This document shows positions 1 through 13,800 of a stretch of 64,000 bases of DNA, in pieces. Source of the DNA: Magallana gigas. Its lineage: Eukaryota. A program made the translations under genes and the position numbers. The stretch covers positions 23,498,001 through 23,562,000 of the forward strand of contig NC_088855.1 in the NCBI RefSeq assembly GCF_963853765.1, read 5' to 3'. Under the pieces are notes generated by a model. That model saw only the letters and a program-made list of their open reading frames with translations, was not told where the DNA came from and searched no databases. Positions within the stretch are counted from its first letter, which is position 1, and each line of letters starts with the position of its first letter.

Positions 1-3000
1 AACTTGATTTAATCAAAGAAATTATACTAGAAAAGTAAATATACAAATGGGTTTTGTGTCATTCACTATTATTTCGCCTATACCCGTGCTTGTACGGAAA
101 GTACCCTCTACAAAAAGCATAAATACAGGTGCCTGTAGTAATATGATTTTCTAAACCTAGGTACATATTTTGTAATGGTGTTTGTATCCATTAGTTTGTC
201 ATAAATTATGGAAACGAGCATCGAGAAATGAATATACATAACATTGTATATATTTAAATTCAGTTAATATTCTGAATCATGATTACTTCCAGCATAATGC
301 AATGAATGCTAATTATGCAAGTGTAAACAAAATGTAGTGCTTTAATAAATTGTTTATACTCGATGTGCTCATACTCAGAATTTTGCATAAGAAATTGAAA
401 AAAAATCAAGCAGTTTAGATAAATGTAATTAATATCCTTAATTCTTATACTTAAAGAAAAAAATATGTGTCACTTTATGATTCTTCGGGAAATCAATTAA
501 TTGACCGCAAAAAAACTTTGCATCACCACTTGGCTATTCAAAACGCATTTTATTCAACACATTAATTGCATGTTCTTTATATACGTAGCTATGAATAATT
601 TTTTTTTAAGTCAAATGTTTTAAAGATGTAGTGACAGCTAGATTACTGAGACTCTTTTCAATTTTCAGTTGTGTAATTTGCGTTTGTGTAAATATTATAA
701 AATAAATATTCTATAACATTTAAAATGTATATACTATACAGATTAGAAGTATTTGTAAATTAATTATTTACATGGTTTTATATTATAACGGTGTAAGCTG
801 GTGTTTTCATAAATCTTAAAGTAAGTACTAGAGAGAACTTGATCATTATAGATATATATTAATTTAATTTTTCAAAATATATAATTGTATTTGAAAGGAT
901 AAAAACTATTTTTCAACTAATATATTTGAATGATGTTCATTCTGCATAAGTGTTAAACCTATTTTTAATTATAATTATATTATCAGTATACAATACAAAG
1001 TGCAATTTTGATTTAATTTTTCATTGTTAAACGTTTTATTTTTTTTTCTCTAAAACATTCTAATAATAGCATGGCCTTAAACATATGTTGCAATAAAACT
1101 AGTTCCAATAATACAGGTTATAAAATTTATGAATGCATAGCTAATAAGGAGTTGAAAATAACAGTGAAAATGTGGATATTATTCTACATATCCCCGTAGG
1201 GTGCCCCATATTTGAACCTGCTAGAGTTGTTCCCCTTAATATATCCGTGGTAACAGTTAACAAACTCCATCCGTGATTTTCTCTGTTCATAGACGACGTC
1301 AAATTTCAGTTACAGCCAAAATATGTATCATGTTATTTTCAAAAGCGCTCGTTAGCGCGGATGTTTACTAAAGAAGTATATGTATTAGTTTGAAGAGGAG
1401 TTAATATCGATTTTAATAAATGCTGTAACAGATATGCAACCTGTCCGAGAACATGGGGGATTTTTTGATTAAAAATTACTTACTTTCTGTAGTCTTTTAT
1501 CATGGCAGAATAAACGTTTTTCGTGCGTTGTTTGGTATCATTTTGTTCTGCAAGTTCTCCAGCGTCTGTTTGTAACAAAGAACAGTCTGAACAGTCTCAT
1601 GCACCGTTATTGTCCTGGTAACGGCCGAATAAAACAACGCGACTTTTACTACCTGTTATATTTCAGGCGAAGCTTTCGCAAACAAGCGCGATATTCTTTT
1701 CATTTTAATTTAATTTTAGACGAGGTTTTATGAAATTAAATACATACACTAAGTATTTTATGGTAAATCATTTCACATATATTTTTGTTCTATGATTATT
1801 GAGTGAATACAAGCTTATGAATTTGCTGTTTAAAAACACTTAATTTTGTATAGAGTCACATAGCGTTACGTTATGACGTGACTCTGTTTGTGGATGCTAC
1901 CTACAGCCATACAAATGAGGGTGCTACCTTCATATACACATGCACAGTATTATAGTTCTGGAAACTATTTATCTTGTATTTTAATATATTGGGTATTCAT
2001 TGATCACCTAAAATTAGTATTCCACTGGCTGTAGCTAACCTTGTAAGTAAATTAAGTTTCATTACAACCTCATAATACACAACTTCAATTAAAAGGTTTT
2101 TTTATCAATTTTCAAACAATTAGCAATAAATAAAATCCCCAATAACGCACTTTAAAAGTGTAATTTGAGAGGCGAATATATTTTTTGGAGGCAGATATGT
2201 CGCTATATTATAGTCTGCAAGTCAAGTGAACTATTATGGTCTTTCAAAGAAATAAGAAATCTGTCGACACTTGCAGTACTTTGATGATTTCTATGGCGAT
2301 CGACTGCATTGCATCATGTAGTCGTATTTCCCAAGAACAAAATTTCCTTTGACTTCCAACTTTCAATTATAATATATTATGAATTATTCTGTTCATAACT
2401 ATGGAAGTTTAGCGTGTTCAACAGGTTAATTTATTAGCCACATTCTCAGGTTACTATTTCACATCTTTAAGGTGAAGATGATTGACTTCGAATAATAGTC
2501 TTATTGTTAATAAAAGCACCTTCCAACTTTTACTCAATTACATATGTTCTGAGTTGTGTGCGCTAAAGCGACACAAGATTTTCGGTCGCACATGGCGATT
2601 GAATTAACACAGACTGACCGAATAAACAAACGGGTGGGAAAGTGAAACACATTGAGGAGAAAATGTTACACACAGGAAGTCACCAAAAATGATTTTCGAC
2701 AGATCTAGATATCTTTTCGCCAATTTAAAAAAAATCTAGTGCGAGCACTTGTCAGCGGGGTGGGAGGGGGGGGGGGGGGGGGCGCAGCAATGAGTTCGCT
2801 TCCACGCTCAAACGAACAACCATGTATTAGAAAAACTACAGAGTGATTAATATGTGACCGATAGAATCTAATCTTAAGTTGTTTAAAACTCATGTTAATA
2901 TTCTTTCAAATAATCATCAAATGCCTCAATTCAGGACAATTCAGGACATTCTTTTATCGTGCTAGCACCTACCGCAAACATGTAACATGGAACTTTGATT

Positions 3001-3989
3001 ATAATTTGAGTTGATTTTTAAACTACCTTGTACGCTATCGTATAATTAAATCAATGCTTAATCAGCTGTACAAGTAAAATAAATTTATCTTTTCATCTTA
3101 AACCTATATGATAGTTGAAAACATAACAAATATAGTTCTGTCCGTGCAAAATATGAAACATGAACGCGTGATAAGGTACATGTAGAAGAACACGAGCCGA
3201 CAGCGGATCACTTGTCCACTCGCCCTATATTTCCTCGGCCATGTGCGAGGGATGATCATCATCTAATATTTGTGAGGGGGGGGGGGGGGGGGGGTTAAAT
3301 TTTTTAGAGATACAAACCAACCATTGATTTATGTTTGACGATGTTTCCGATTTGGAGTTATATCGTTCATTAATATTCATTTTCACTCTAATGTTTAATT
3401 GAATAAATACAAGATGGACAAACTTTTATAATCATCTAAGTGTGCGTCGTGCTGTGCGAATCTTGTGTCTTAGATAACCGCTTACCGGTAGGTAGTGCAG
3501 CTGTGGCTGATCTCTTCGGCCGTGGACGAAGGATATATTAATGAAAGGTACAACGCACAGACACGCACAGCTCAGAAACCAGGACGATTTGAAAAGTTTA
3601 CAGTATAATGACCATATTCTATCAAATAAAAGTTCTTTATTTTAAACTTAAAACCCAAAATTGATCTTTGTCTGATATTGCTTTAGATTGAGAATGACAT
3701 TGCTTTTATTAATTAACTGAACAATTTCTTAATTGACACCGAATCGTTTAGTCGATAAACTTTTATGTGTAATCAAAACTAAAACAATTCTTGAGTTCGC
3801 GGCTAATTAAACTCGTATATGAGAGACGCAACTCTCGTGTATTAGATAACAGCTGACCGCTAGGTAACCCAGCCGCGACCATGGTGACCGATTTTCTCGG
3901 CCGCGGGCGAGGGAGAGTTTCGTTAACTTGGCCAAATTGCCGCGAGTACTGGTCAACACGTATTACTTTTTCCCTCACATTGTGAAATA

Positions 3990-4622
3990 CCCGAACACAA
4001 AAACAGTTTTATGAGATCAATAAAGTCACAAACAACATTTTTTGCAGCGACGCCCATATCGAAAAATTTACCGTTTTAGAGTTATGAAGCAAAGACTTTT
4101 AAGGAATCTAGACCCCTCATTTTAGGGGCTAGCCCTTTTTTTATGGTATCAAATGAAAGCTCTTAATATTCTGCACAACTTTTGTTCTATATGTGTGTAG
4201 AAAAAAATTACAACTGAAAAGTTATTGAGCAAAGATATAAGCAAAATTTAACATTTTTTGAAACATAAATTTCAATGTAATTTTTTAAGAAGTATACGTG
4301 GGTTAATCAAACATGTAAAACTAGGAGGACAACGTTCAAGATGTCTACATTAAAGATTTGAAAATTAAAACTACTTGCTACGGATCAACTCGGAGCCTTT
4401 GCAGGTACACGAGACCCACTAAAAAAATATTTAAAGAGGAATAACTCAAAACCGGAAGTAGCGATTTCATAAGTTTTTAGTAAGCTATTGTCATTTCCAA
4501 TAAACCCTGAAAATTTGAATAAAATCTAATGACAAACAAGCGAGATATTACAGTTTATAGAAACGTCTAGAAGAAAAAGAAGAAGAAAAATAATAATGAA
4601 GAATTTCCAACCGAATCAGTAC

Positions 4623-4653
<31 letters not shown>

Positions 4654-4657
4654 CTAG
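3990..4657 (+). mobile_element. Helitron/Helentron-type non-autonomous element 3' end (5' boundary uncertain)
   Basis: Perfect 13-bp stem AAGGTCTTCCGTT-gga-AACGGAAGACCTT (4623-4651), then CTAG (4654-4657), preceded by a GAA/TAA-rich tract. Confidence 0.6.
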
Positions 4658-4895
4658 TAAGAGGCTGAATTTAAGCTCTTTAAAAAAAACCCCACAATTT
4701 AAAAAAAAAAATTGATTATCAACAAAATGCCAATAACAGCTATGGTATATCAGTTTCTTACTAGTGAAATCATACATCCAAAAATATACTTTATAGATCC
4801 ATCAAATAATGTATTGGTGCATCTAGCCATCATAAAAGTAAACAGCTTACAAGAGGGGTTACAAATGAGACATTCCAGAAAACACGATCCCTTAC

Positions 4896-7800
4896 CTGTA
4901 AATACTTGTCATGGGTTAACATACAAAAGCTGACTAATGCATAACTAATGGAGAAGGTTAGCAGAATTCTTCTGACCAGCCAAAGGAATGGTTGCAGAGT
5001 TGGAGATCTGTTCACTTCATGTAAAAGAGGTATTCTATATTCCAGCACCATAATCTGAAAAGAAATTTCAGTATGTTTCGAATTGATTTCGCAAACTAAA
5101 CTTGTAGATCCAGACAAAGCTTAGTAACACAGCTTAACATAGTAATTAATGATCAAAGAGTTCAAATCTCCCATTTAAATTTCTCTATATAATATTCCAA
5201 ATTCCCTTACTTATCTTGACAGCAAAACAGACAAAATATACTATATACACAGACAGTCTCCAACAGATGTAAAGTAGTAGACTTTTAAAATTGGACCCAT
5301 TCATTATAATCATACAAGAAAGAGTCAGGATCATATAATTTACATTTTACACTTAACAATGTTGGAAATACCAAGATAATTTTCAATACTTTTCTGAAAA
5401 TTACAAATATTTCATCATACTTTTTTTTTTTTAATAAATATTACCTGATTTTCTGTGTTGACCATGATGAATTCTAGGAAGAAGTTCATATAATAGCCGG
5501 ACGCTAGTCCATGCCACATAGCTAGATATGACAGGGTCACTGCCTGGGATAATGACTTGCTACCCAGAAACTGTAGTCTTCTGTAAATGTAACTGTAAAT
5601 ATAAAAAGATCAGTTATAAGCACTCTTTTATTTTATCCAATTTAAACTGGACAAAAAAGGTCGACAGTTTAATAATGCATAAAGCAATTATAGCCAGAGT
5701 CCTTTTGTTACATACACGTATTTATGAAGGTTGGGTGATTGTGGTCATTTTTAGACTATATTTATCTCCTTTAAAAAAAGAGCTCTGTATATTAAGATAT
5801 AGAAAAACATCAAAATTCTAAAGCTAATATATCGGTACTTGGATTTTTTGAAATACACAATGATATTTTTTTTTACTACAGAAATCATCTCCAGCCGACC
5901 CCATGGGTAATTTGTAGACCACCCAGCCTCCTTAGGGTTAGGCCAAACAAAAAAATAGGTTTGTTTCCGCTTTCAGGCTGAAAAAAATTAGAGTCGGATG
6001 AACTTTTCCCCCGGCTGGTGGGAACATTTCTTGAAATTCAACTGGCACGACATGCCATTTGTAAATAACAAACATCTACACAACACTGATGACATCTAAA
6101 TAAGTTCTATAAAAGTTTTTACGACTTAAATTTAGAGGACACAATAAATTATTTAACCGAATAAAAAAAATGTTTAAAAAAAAAATTGATAAAAACGGAA
6201 ATTTACAAAAAAACTCAGAAATTTTTTTTGGGTCGGCGGGCTTAAGTTAATGTCGGTCGGGAAAGCGGAAACAAACCTATTTTTTTGTTTGGCCTTACCA
6301 GTGTGCTACTCACTTAACTGTCAATATTTAGACTGTATAAACATGAACATTTCCATGTAACATACATATATGTATATATAACATGCATATGAGCAGAAAA
6401 TGGGAAAATATCAGAAGCTTGTTGCTGATTTGTCAGGAGAGAGGGTGGAGAGTATGGTGTTTCCCAGTGGAGGTTGGCGCGCGGGGCTTTGTTGGACAAT
6501 CCTTGTGGCGAGCCCTGAGAGTCATCTTAGTTATTGGGTTGGAAAGAAGACAGCTCATAGGGCGACTAAGCAGCGAGGCAGAAATAGCATCGCTATGGTT
6601 GTGGAGAAGCAGAGAGGCAGAAATAGCATCGCTATGGTTGTGGAGAAGAAGAGAGGGACAGTGGGGAAGACAGTGAGAGACAATTGTGAGTGTAAGATCA
6701 GTTCACAGGCGGATAGCTGGATGGTCCCGGGCTGGGAGCTGATCACCCCAGTTGGCGCACCTCTAGAGGTTGTAGTGGACAGCGCCAAAACAACCGAGGA
6801 AGGAGGATCCACCTGATGACGGGATCATCACGCATCTATACTACCAAGATGTTTACAGGTACTTTCAGACCACATCAATTCAATAGCTTGTTCATTGGAA
6901 CTCCAAGCTTGCATTAAAACAAAATTCTTAAATATTTTTATTTTCCCCATCCAGAAAATTCAAATCTATAATTATTACCTCGATCTTTTCATTTTTATTT
7001 TCAGACTAGGTCATAGCTGGGCTTGCCATTCATCCGAAAATATACTCATTGGCAGAAATAGCATAAGAAAAAGCACAAAAAACAAGAAAACTCAATGGAA
7101 TTGCCTAAAAATGTGATTTGTTTCAACTGTCCAACTTTAAATCATAAATAACAATTGAGTAAAATGTGCATAGTATCTGGATGATACCTATAGCTTTCCC
7201 CTTCAAACCCTGACCATTTTTGTTAAGAGTTTCAGTTAATATATTAATATTAATATATTCAAAGTTAGAATTAAGGCTATTCACCTAAACATCCACTTGT
7301 TTGTGTTATAGTTGAAGGCCTCTATGGCTTCACGGAATGTGCTGCAAGTTTCCTGCTGATAGAGTTTTACATTGGACACGCCGTCCCACAAAATGTTGCC
7401 ATTTTTATCTTTTCCATTGTATGACAGTCCCATTAAAATAGAAATGCCCTCCTGGAAAAAATATGAAACATAACAAATTAAAGTGTAACTAAAAATATGA
7501 CTCAATAAAACTTTCAAATACCAATATGGAAAATTCCAACCAACCAATGTGTCGCAATACATGTCCTATGCTAGGTATTATTTACATACACAAATGACAT
7601 AGGAATTTATTCAATTCCAATGATAAAAGAACCAGACATAAGGACTTTACTTGAATATAGGTCATTACTAAAGGACTTTGCTTTGACCTTAACCTCTGAC
7701 TTGAAAAAATTAAATAGTTCTGAATCATTGCACATCTTTAATCTTCAAAAAATAAAGCCTGAGCAAAATTTGTTCACGCAGTCAAAAGAAAAGGATTTTT

Positions 7801-10800
7801 ACATCGGTTTGCTATGACCATGACCTCTGACCCGAGAACTTGACTTAAGGTCACTGTACATCCTTTATCTGGAGTCACCTTGTGGGTGAAGTGTCAGCTA
7901 TATTGGGCCAAGAGGAGAGAATACTGTCTAATAAGGACTTTTCACATATATCTCCTGTGATCTTAACCTACAAAACTTACACATATTAACCAGGTTCCAA
8001 CATATTTTCTAAAATGAAGTTGTCCCCATACCAGTATGTAGAAACATTTGGTGATAAATCCCAATTCCTGAAACATAAAGCAAAGGCAAGTTTCACATAT
8101 TTTTTAAATCAATTTTAAGCACTCTCTACCATCACAATATTGTAACAATAAAATAATTTGAGTAATCAAAAAGCACTCATATATGTTGCAAGTATTACAG
8201 TTTGTTCTCTGAATCACCCCATAACTGAATTTTTCTGTGGGGTGCTATTTTTTGCAAAATTTTGCAGTATATCTCAAACAATCCAAACAACAATAAAACA
8301 GTTACAGAAAAATGTGATAAACATTTCCAGTATTCTTATTATCATTATGAAATCACACAATATAAGATCATGAAAATTATCATAAAATGAACTCCGATTT
8401 TTTAAATCAAAATTCAAAACTCTGCACCTGCACAAGAAGGATATATTGTGGAATCATTTTTATTCAAGGGGGGAGCAATGTGTTTGAGGGTAGCCAAAAC
8501 TTTCCTGATTTGTGGGAACGTAATGTCGTTAGTAGTGTAATTAGGATAATTTTAATAAATATTAAACAAATGCTTGTATATACATTCATGGGGATATAAA
8601 TTCATGCATGGGGAGGCGTTACCCACGACGAAAGCTACAAACATTGGTCCCCCACAAATACATGTAATAATGATTCCACAATATGTTAAATTCTTTGTTC
8701 CTTTAGTTGACAGTTAACCTTTCCGTTCAAACCAACCTGATACTGAGCGGTAAAGAAGTACTCGTCAGAGAACAGCATGTTGCCCGTCTGGAACAAGACA
8801 ATGTATAATATGCCAAGGGCGAATCTGGTCAAAGCAGGGCCAACACTGTCATTGAAAAAACAAAAACATTCTGTACAATCAGCATATAGACACTGCAAAA
8901 CTTAGACTATGGCAGTTTAAAACTATAAGCATTTGTGATCGAAAATCAAAATTTTGTGATATAAATACATGTATATCTAAACAAGAGATTTTTGTGAAAC
9001 ACTTATGCCCCCCTCCCTTGGAAACATCCACAAAGACAATGAACGTAAACTGCAAATAACTGGAATTTTTCTAAGTCCAATGGTTATAACTCTGTCGAAA
9101 ATTGCTCTATCATACCCAAAATTGAACTACCTAGATATTATCATGATAAACCTGTATACCAAATTTCATTCCAATATGTTCATCCTCTGTGAAGAAAATG
9201 AGCAGAAACTGCAAATAACTGGAATTTTTCTAAGTCCAAGGGCCATAACTCTGTTGAAAATTGCTTGATCGTACCCAATATCTAACTTGACCTAGATATC
9301 ATCATGATAAACCTGTTTACCAAATTTCATTCCAATATGTTCATCCTCTGCGAAGAAAATGAGCGGAAACTGTAAATAACTGGAATTTTTCTATGTCCAA
9401 GGGCTATAACTCTGTCAAAAATTGCTCGATCATACCCAATATCGAACTTGACCTAGATATTATCATGATAAACCTGTATACCAAATTTCATTTCAATATG
9501 TTTATCCTCTGCGAAGAAAATGAATGGAAACTATTGGTGGACTGACCGACCGACAGACCAACAGACAGCAGCAAAGCAATATGCCCATATGCCCTCCCTT
9601 CTTCGAAGGGGGGCATAAAAATTTAATTTTTGTTATTCATTTCGTACATGTTGAATTATATCTCTAATTGCATAAATAATATTGAACATAATTATTATAC
9701 ATCTAGAAATTGCATGGATAAAGTAATTGCATGTTTATTTAAAAGTGATAACTCATATAATTATGAACATCATGTGTTTGATGTGAATTTACCACCAGAA
9801 TTGTTATTCTTGGTACAACACCAAATAGAAATCCTACTTCATATACATTAACAAAAGCTGATTATTATAAACAAGAGATGTTTGTGAAACACTTATGCCC
9901 CCCTCCCTTGGAAACATCCACAAAGACAATGAACGTAAACTGCAAATAACTGGAATTTTTCTACGTCCAAGGGCCATAACTCTGTCGAAAATTTCTCGAT
10001 CGTACCCAATATCGAACTTGACCTATATATTATCATGATAAACCTGTATACCAAATTTCATTCCAATATGTTCATCCTCTGCGAAGAAAATGAGCGGAAA
10101 CTGCAAATAACTGGAATTTTTCTACGTCCAAGGGCCATAACTCTGTCGAAAATTGCTCAATCATACCCAATATCGAACTTGACCTAGATATTATCATGAT
10201 AAACCTGTATACCAAAATTCATTTTAATATGTTTATCCTCTGCAAAGAAAATGAACGGAAACTGTTCGTGGACCGACCGACAGCAGCAAAGCAATATGCC
10301 CTCCCTTCTTCGAAGGGGGGCATAATAATATTGATTTTTATAAGAAATCAAAAGTTGTATATATGCATTGTACCAACTTGCTGTGTGTGAGAGTCTGTGA
10401 GAAAGTGGTGTTCTGTCTATCTGTCTGTCTACATACTATAAAAATATGAAAAAAATCCAAACAGCACGAGATCATCTGGAGCTTATCTCTTATCCATGTT
10501 CCTGCTGATCATACATGTAACGGACCTGAGCGCTGGATATTGCACAAATTTATATACGCAATCCTGCACGAGAATTACCTGTGGGTTTAAATCTACCAAA
10601 TTACGAATTTCTCGTAAATATTGCTTCTTTTAAATTAACACAAGAATTACTTGTGTTTGGACCCGTATTTAAGTTATTATCGAGGGTAATTAAATATAAG
10701 ACTATTTAAAGTTTACGTAAATTTATTAAACGATGAAAAACCAAGACGTATAATTATATAACTAATCAACAATAACAAGTACACCTACAATTATATCACT

Positions 10801-13800
10801 GACAATCGGGAATCACCCAAATTGAACAGTGATACTATAGCACAACCTTCGTGTGTACGTTAACTCAATAAAAGGGGGGGGGGCGCACTAAACGAGAATG
10901 ACCCGATTAGTGTACGAATAAATATTATAGAAGTCGAGAAATAATCTAGAATTACCAGACTATATCTCACTTAACTTTTAACGCAAAACTTTGCCAATTA
11001 TATACCACAATAAATCTAAATTTACGTAAAAACTATTTCTACTGTGACAATATTATAAAATATCGATAATTCACTTATTTAGAATAATAAAATTCCAAAG
11101 AACTATTAACGTTTACTTAATTATTTAATCGGTAAGACTTCAGAGATTAACCCTCTGTCTAATCGTAAATAAAATGAACTATGTCGTCTGTATCGAAATT
11201 AATCCAATAAAAACTCCCTAAATATTAATAAATATCGTGAAAACGAGATTAACCCGTAATACAACGATGAAATAATAAATAAATTACTCAAAATCCCCTA
11301 ATTCTACCTAAAATAATCGAAGTAGTAAAAAAACACCCTCTAACCTCAATTGCTTCACCCCGAGTCCACCGGATAGAGTGATCTCCCCTATTTATAAACA
11401 TACAGAGTCCCCCCAGTGACCCACGCGCTTCCCTAGGGATCACCGGCAGCCACCGGCAGTCACCGGCAATAACAAAGACTAATATATGAAATATAATTCA
11501 ACAATTAAATTAGGTGATTTACACAATATATGACAAATACAATTATAGCAATTCATACAACAACAATTTAATACAGAAATCGCAATAAAACCTAGTGCAC
11601 AAAAGTTATGATTTGCATCGGGCGTGATATACTGAAATTCAATAACACTAATGGCGGTATGTAAAAACAAAAAGATACAGGCTTGGAAAAATCATGAAAA
11701 CGTTTAAAGTAGAGCTTGCCAATGAAAATAAAAGACCTGGCAGATTGAAATACAATCAAATAATCACGTCCATCTGAAGCAGTAAGTAATAATAGTACAA
11801 ATTAAGATATCTTGTTGTAAAATACAATCGGTACAATCGGTAAATAAGGGGGTACAATCGGTAGATAAGGGGGTAAATAAGGGGGGACATGTCAAAAGTA
11901 GTACATTATAAAAATACAACTCTACAATATCACAATCGTCACATTACACAAGGATAAAAGACATTACCTGGCAGGTGGATGATCCTTCATTCCTGGTGAG
12001 GCATCTTTAGCCATTATTGCACTGAACTCTCCTCTGGTGAAAGCCAAATACTTCCTTATACCAAACTGAAATAAACGTTGTAACAGTTGAAAAGTACTGA
12101 AATATCTAAATAACCATGAGTAAGTTGAAGTGATTTTGGAACTGCAAACAGCTAATTCTTTTAGTATTTTTACACCTGATATCTCTAATAAAGTTTTTTT
12201 CTTGGTCCCACTTAAAATATAATAAATGAGTTTACCATTGTAAAAAGTTTCAAAATAGGTTGTTTGGATTTTTTTGTGTGTTAAATTTGAAATTTGGATG
12301 AATACATATTTTGTGGACCAAGTTTTACCAACAAATTAAAGGTTTGGTTTTCGATGAACTTAAAATTTAATGTTATGAATGCTAGCATCAATCTATATTT
12401 AGCTTTCCATATATCAATTACCTGTGGTCCAGCTAGCATTCCTCCCACATAGAAACATTGGCCAAAGATAGCAAGCAGCGACGGAATGTCTGTGATGAAA
12501 TTTTCCTTCTGATCTTTTGATAGCTTGTCCTAAAATTCAAATCAACAAATACTAACGGTAATGGTTATCATATTTGCTTTGGTAAAGACCAATGTAACTA
12601 ATTTAAAGTTCCCAGTTCTTAACAGTGTTGATTTCTTTGGTCCAAAGCTTAGTCAACCCATGGAATGAATGCCTATATTTTTTCAGTGACCAAAATCCAT
12701 TGGCAGGCCTTCAAAACCAAATTCAGCATCCTTAATTAAGCATAGAATAAAATGAATTGAGTATCCCATATTAATCATTAGAAAACTGTGTCCCAAATTA
12801 ATCATAGGAAAACTTAAATGAGTGCTCTATATGAAACAAAAAAAAATTAACAGCCTACTTGTCAGAGCTGGTATAGGTTTGCCTGTTCAATGGTATTTTA
12901 GAGATTTTTCATATGTTTTCTTTTGAGACCTACACCTGTTTTACCTGACTTTTCTTCCCATCATAGTAGTCTAGGACAAGGGCTGTGAGTCTGAGCGTGA
13001 GCACACACTGAGGGGTGCTCCATGTTATAGAGTAGCCCTCCAATTTCACACTCTCCACGTAACTATATAGAAGGTATAACTACAATATAAAAAAATGTTC
13101 AATCAAACACAGCTTATTTTTTTTTTATTATACAAAAGATTAACACTTCACTTAAGGATCCTAGACACCCCGTGACTTCTACTTTTTATGACAGTAAGTC
13201 ACAACATGGCAATTTTAGCGCATTGTGAAACAGTTTATACCACCATTCTTTGTTTTCTATCTCTGTGGCGCAGTGGGTGTTCCTTCAGTCTACCAACTCA
13301 CAGGTCCCGAGTACGAATACTGCAGGGGTTTTTATTTTCATTAACAGCAGTAAAATTTGAAAAGTTGATTTTTCACCCCCCAAAAAAAGAATTTCTGGGG
13401 TCATTTTTAAGTCGAACACATGCTAAAAATCCATATCTTCAAGTAATTTAAAAGAATGGGCTTGTAGGCGGAACTTTTCCCAGGTGTGTGGAGGACTCTT
13501 AAAGCACTGATAAGATAACATGTGAGATCTGCTTCAACAAACAGCAGAATAAAGGACAGCTTGACCTAAGCTATATCTTAAATTATTAATAAAGTGAAGT
13601 TTATTAAAGAATATCATATACACTAAAGAGTAAAAATAAAAGTGATGTATATTGTGTGTATTTGTGACAGTGTATTTGATATACAGCTGAGTTGTATCAC
13701 TTTCATGTTATTCAAACCAATCATAAAGAAAAATAAATTGTCATACTCACAGAGTTAAAAATAAAACTGAAGACCACTGAAAATTTGGATCCACCTGCCA

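Noticed and set aside
1-4895. Expected final LPCAT3 exon
   Set aside because: The candidates I tried (about 100-160, 1150-1220 and 4740-4830) gave the wrong phase, early stops or no acceptor. The exon was left unassigned.
6786-6825. Hammerhead-ribozyme-like CTGATGA (6813-6819) in the LINE 3' region
   Set aside because: There is no intact GAAA core (it reads CCAAAAC), and convincing stems I and III could not be built.
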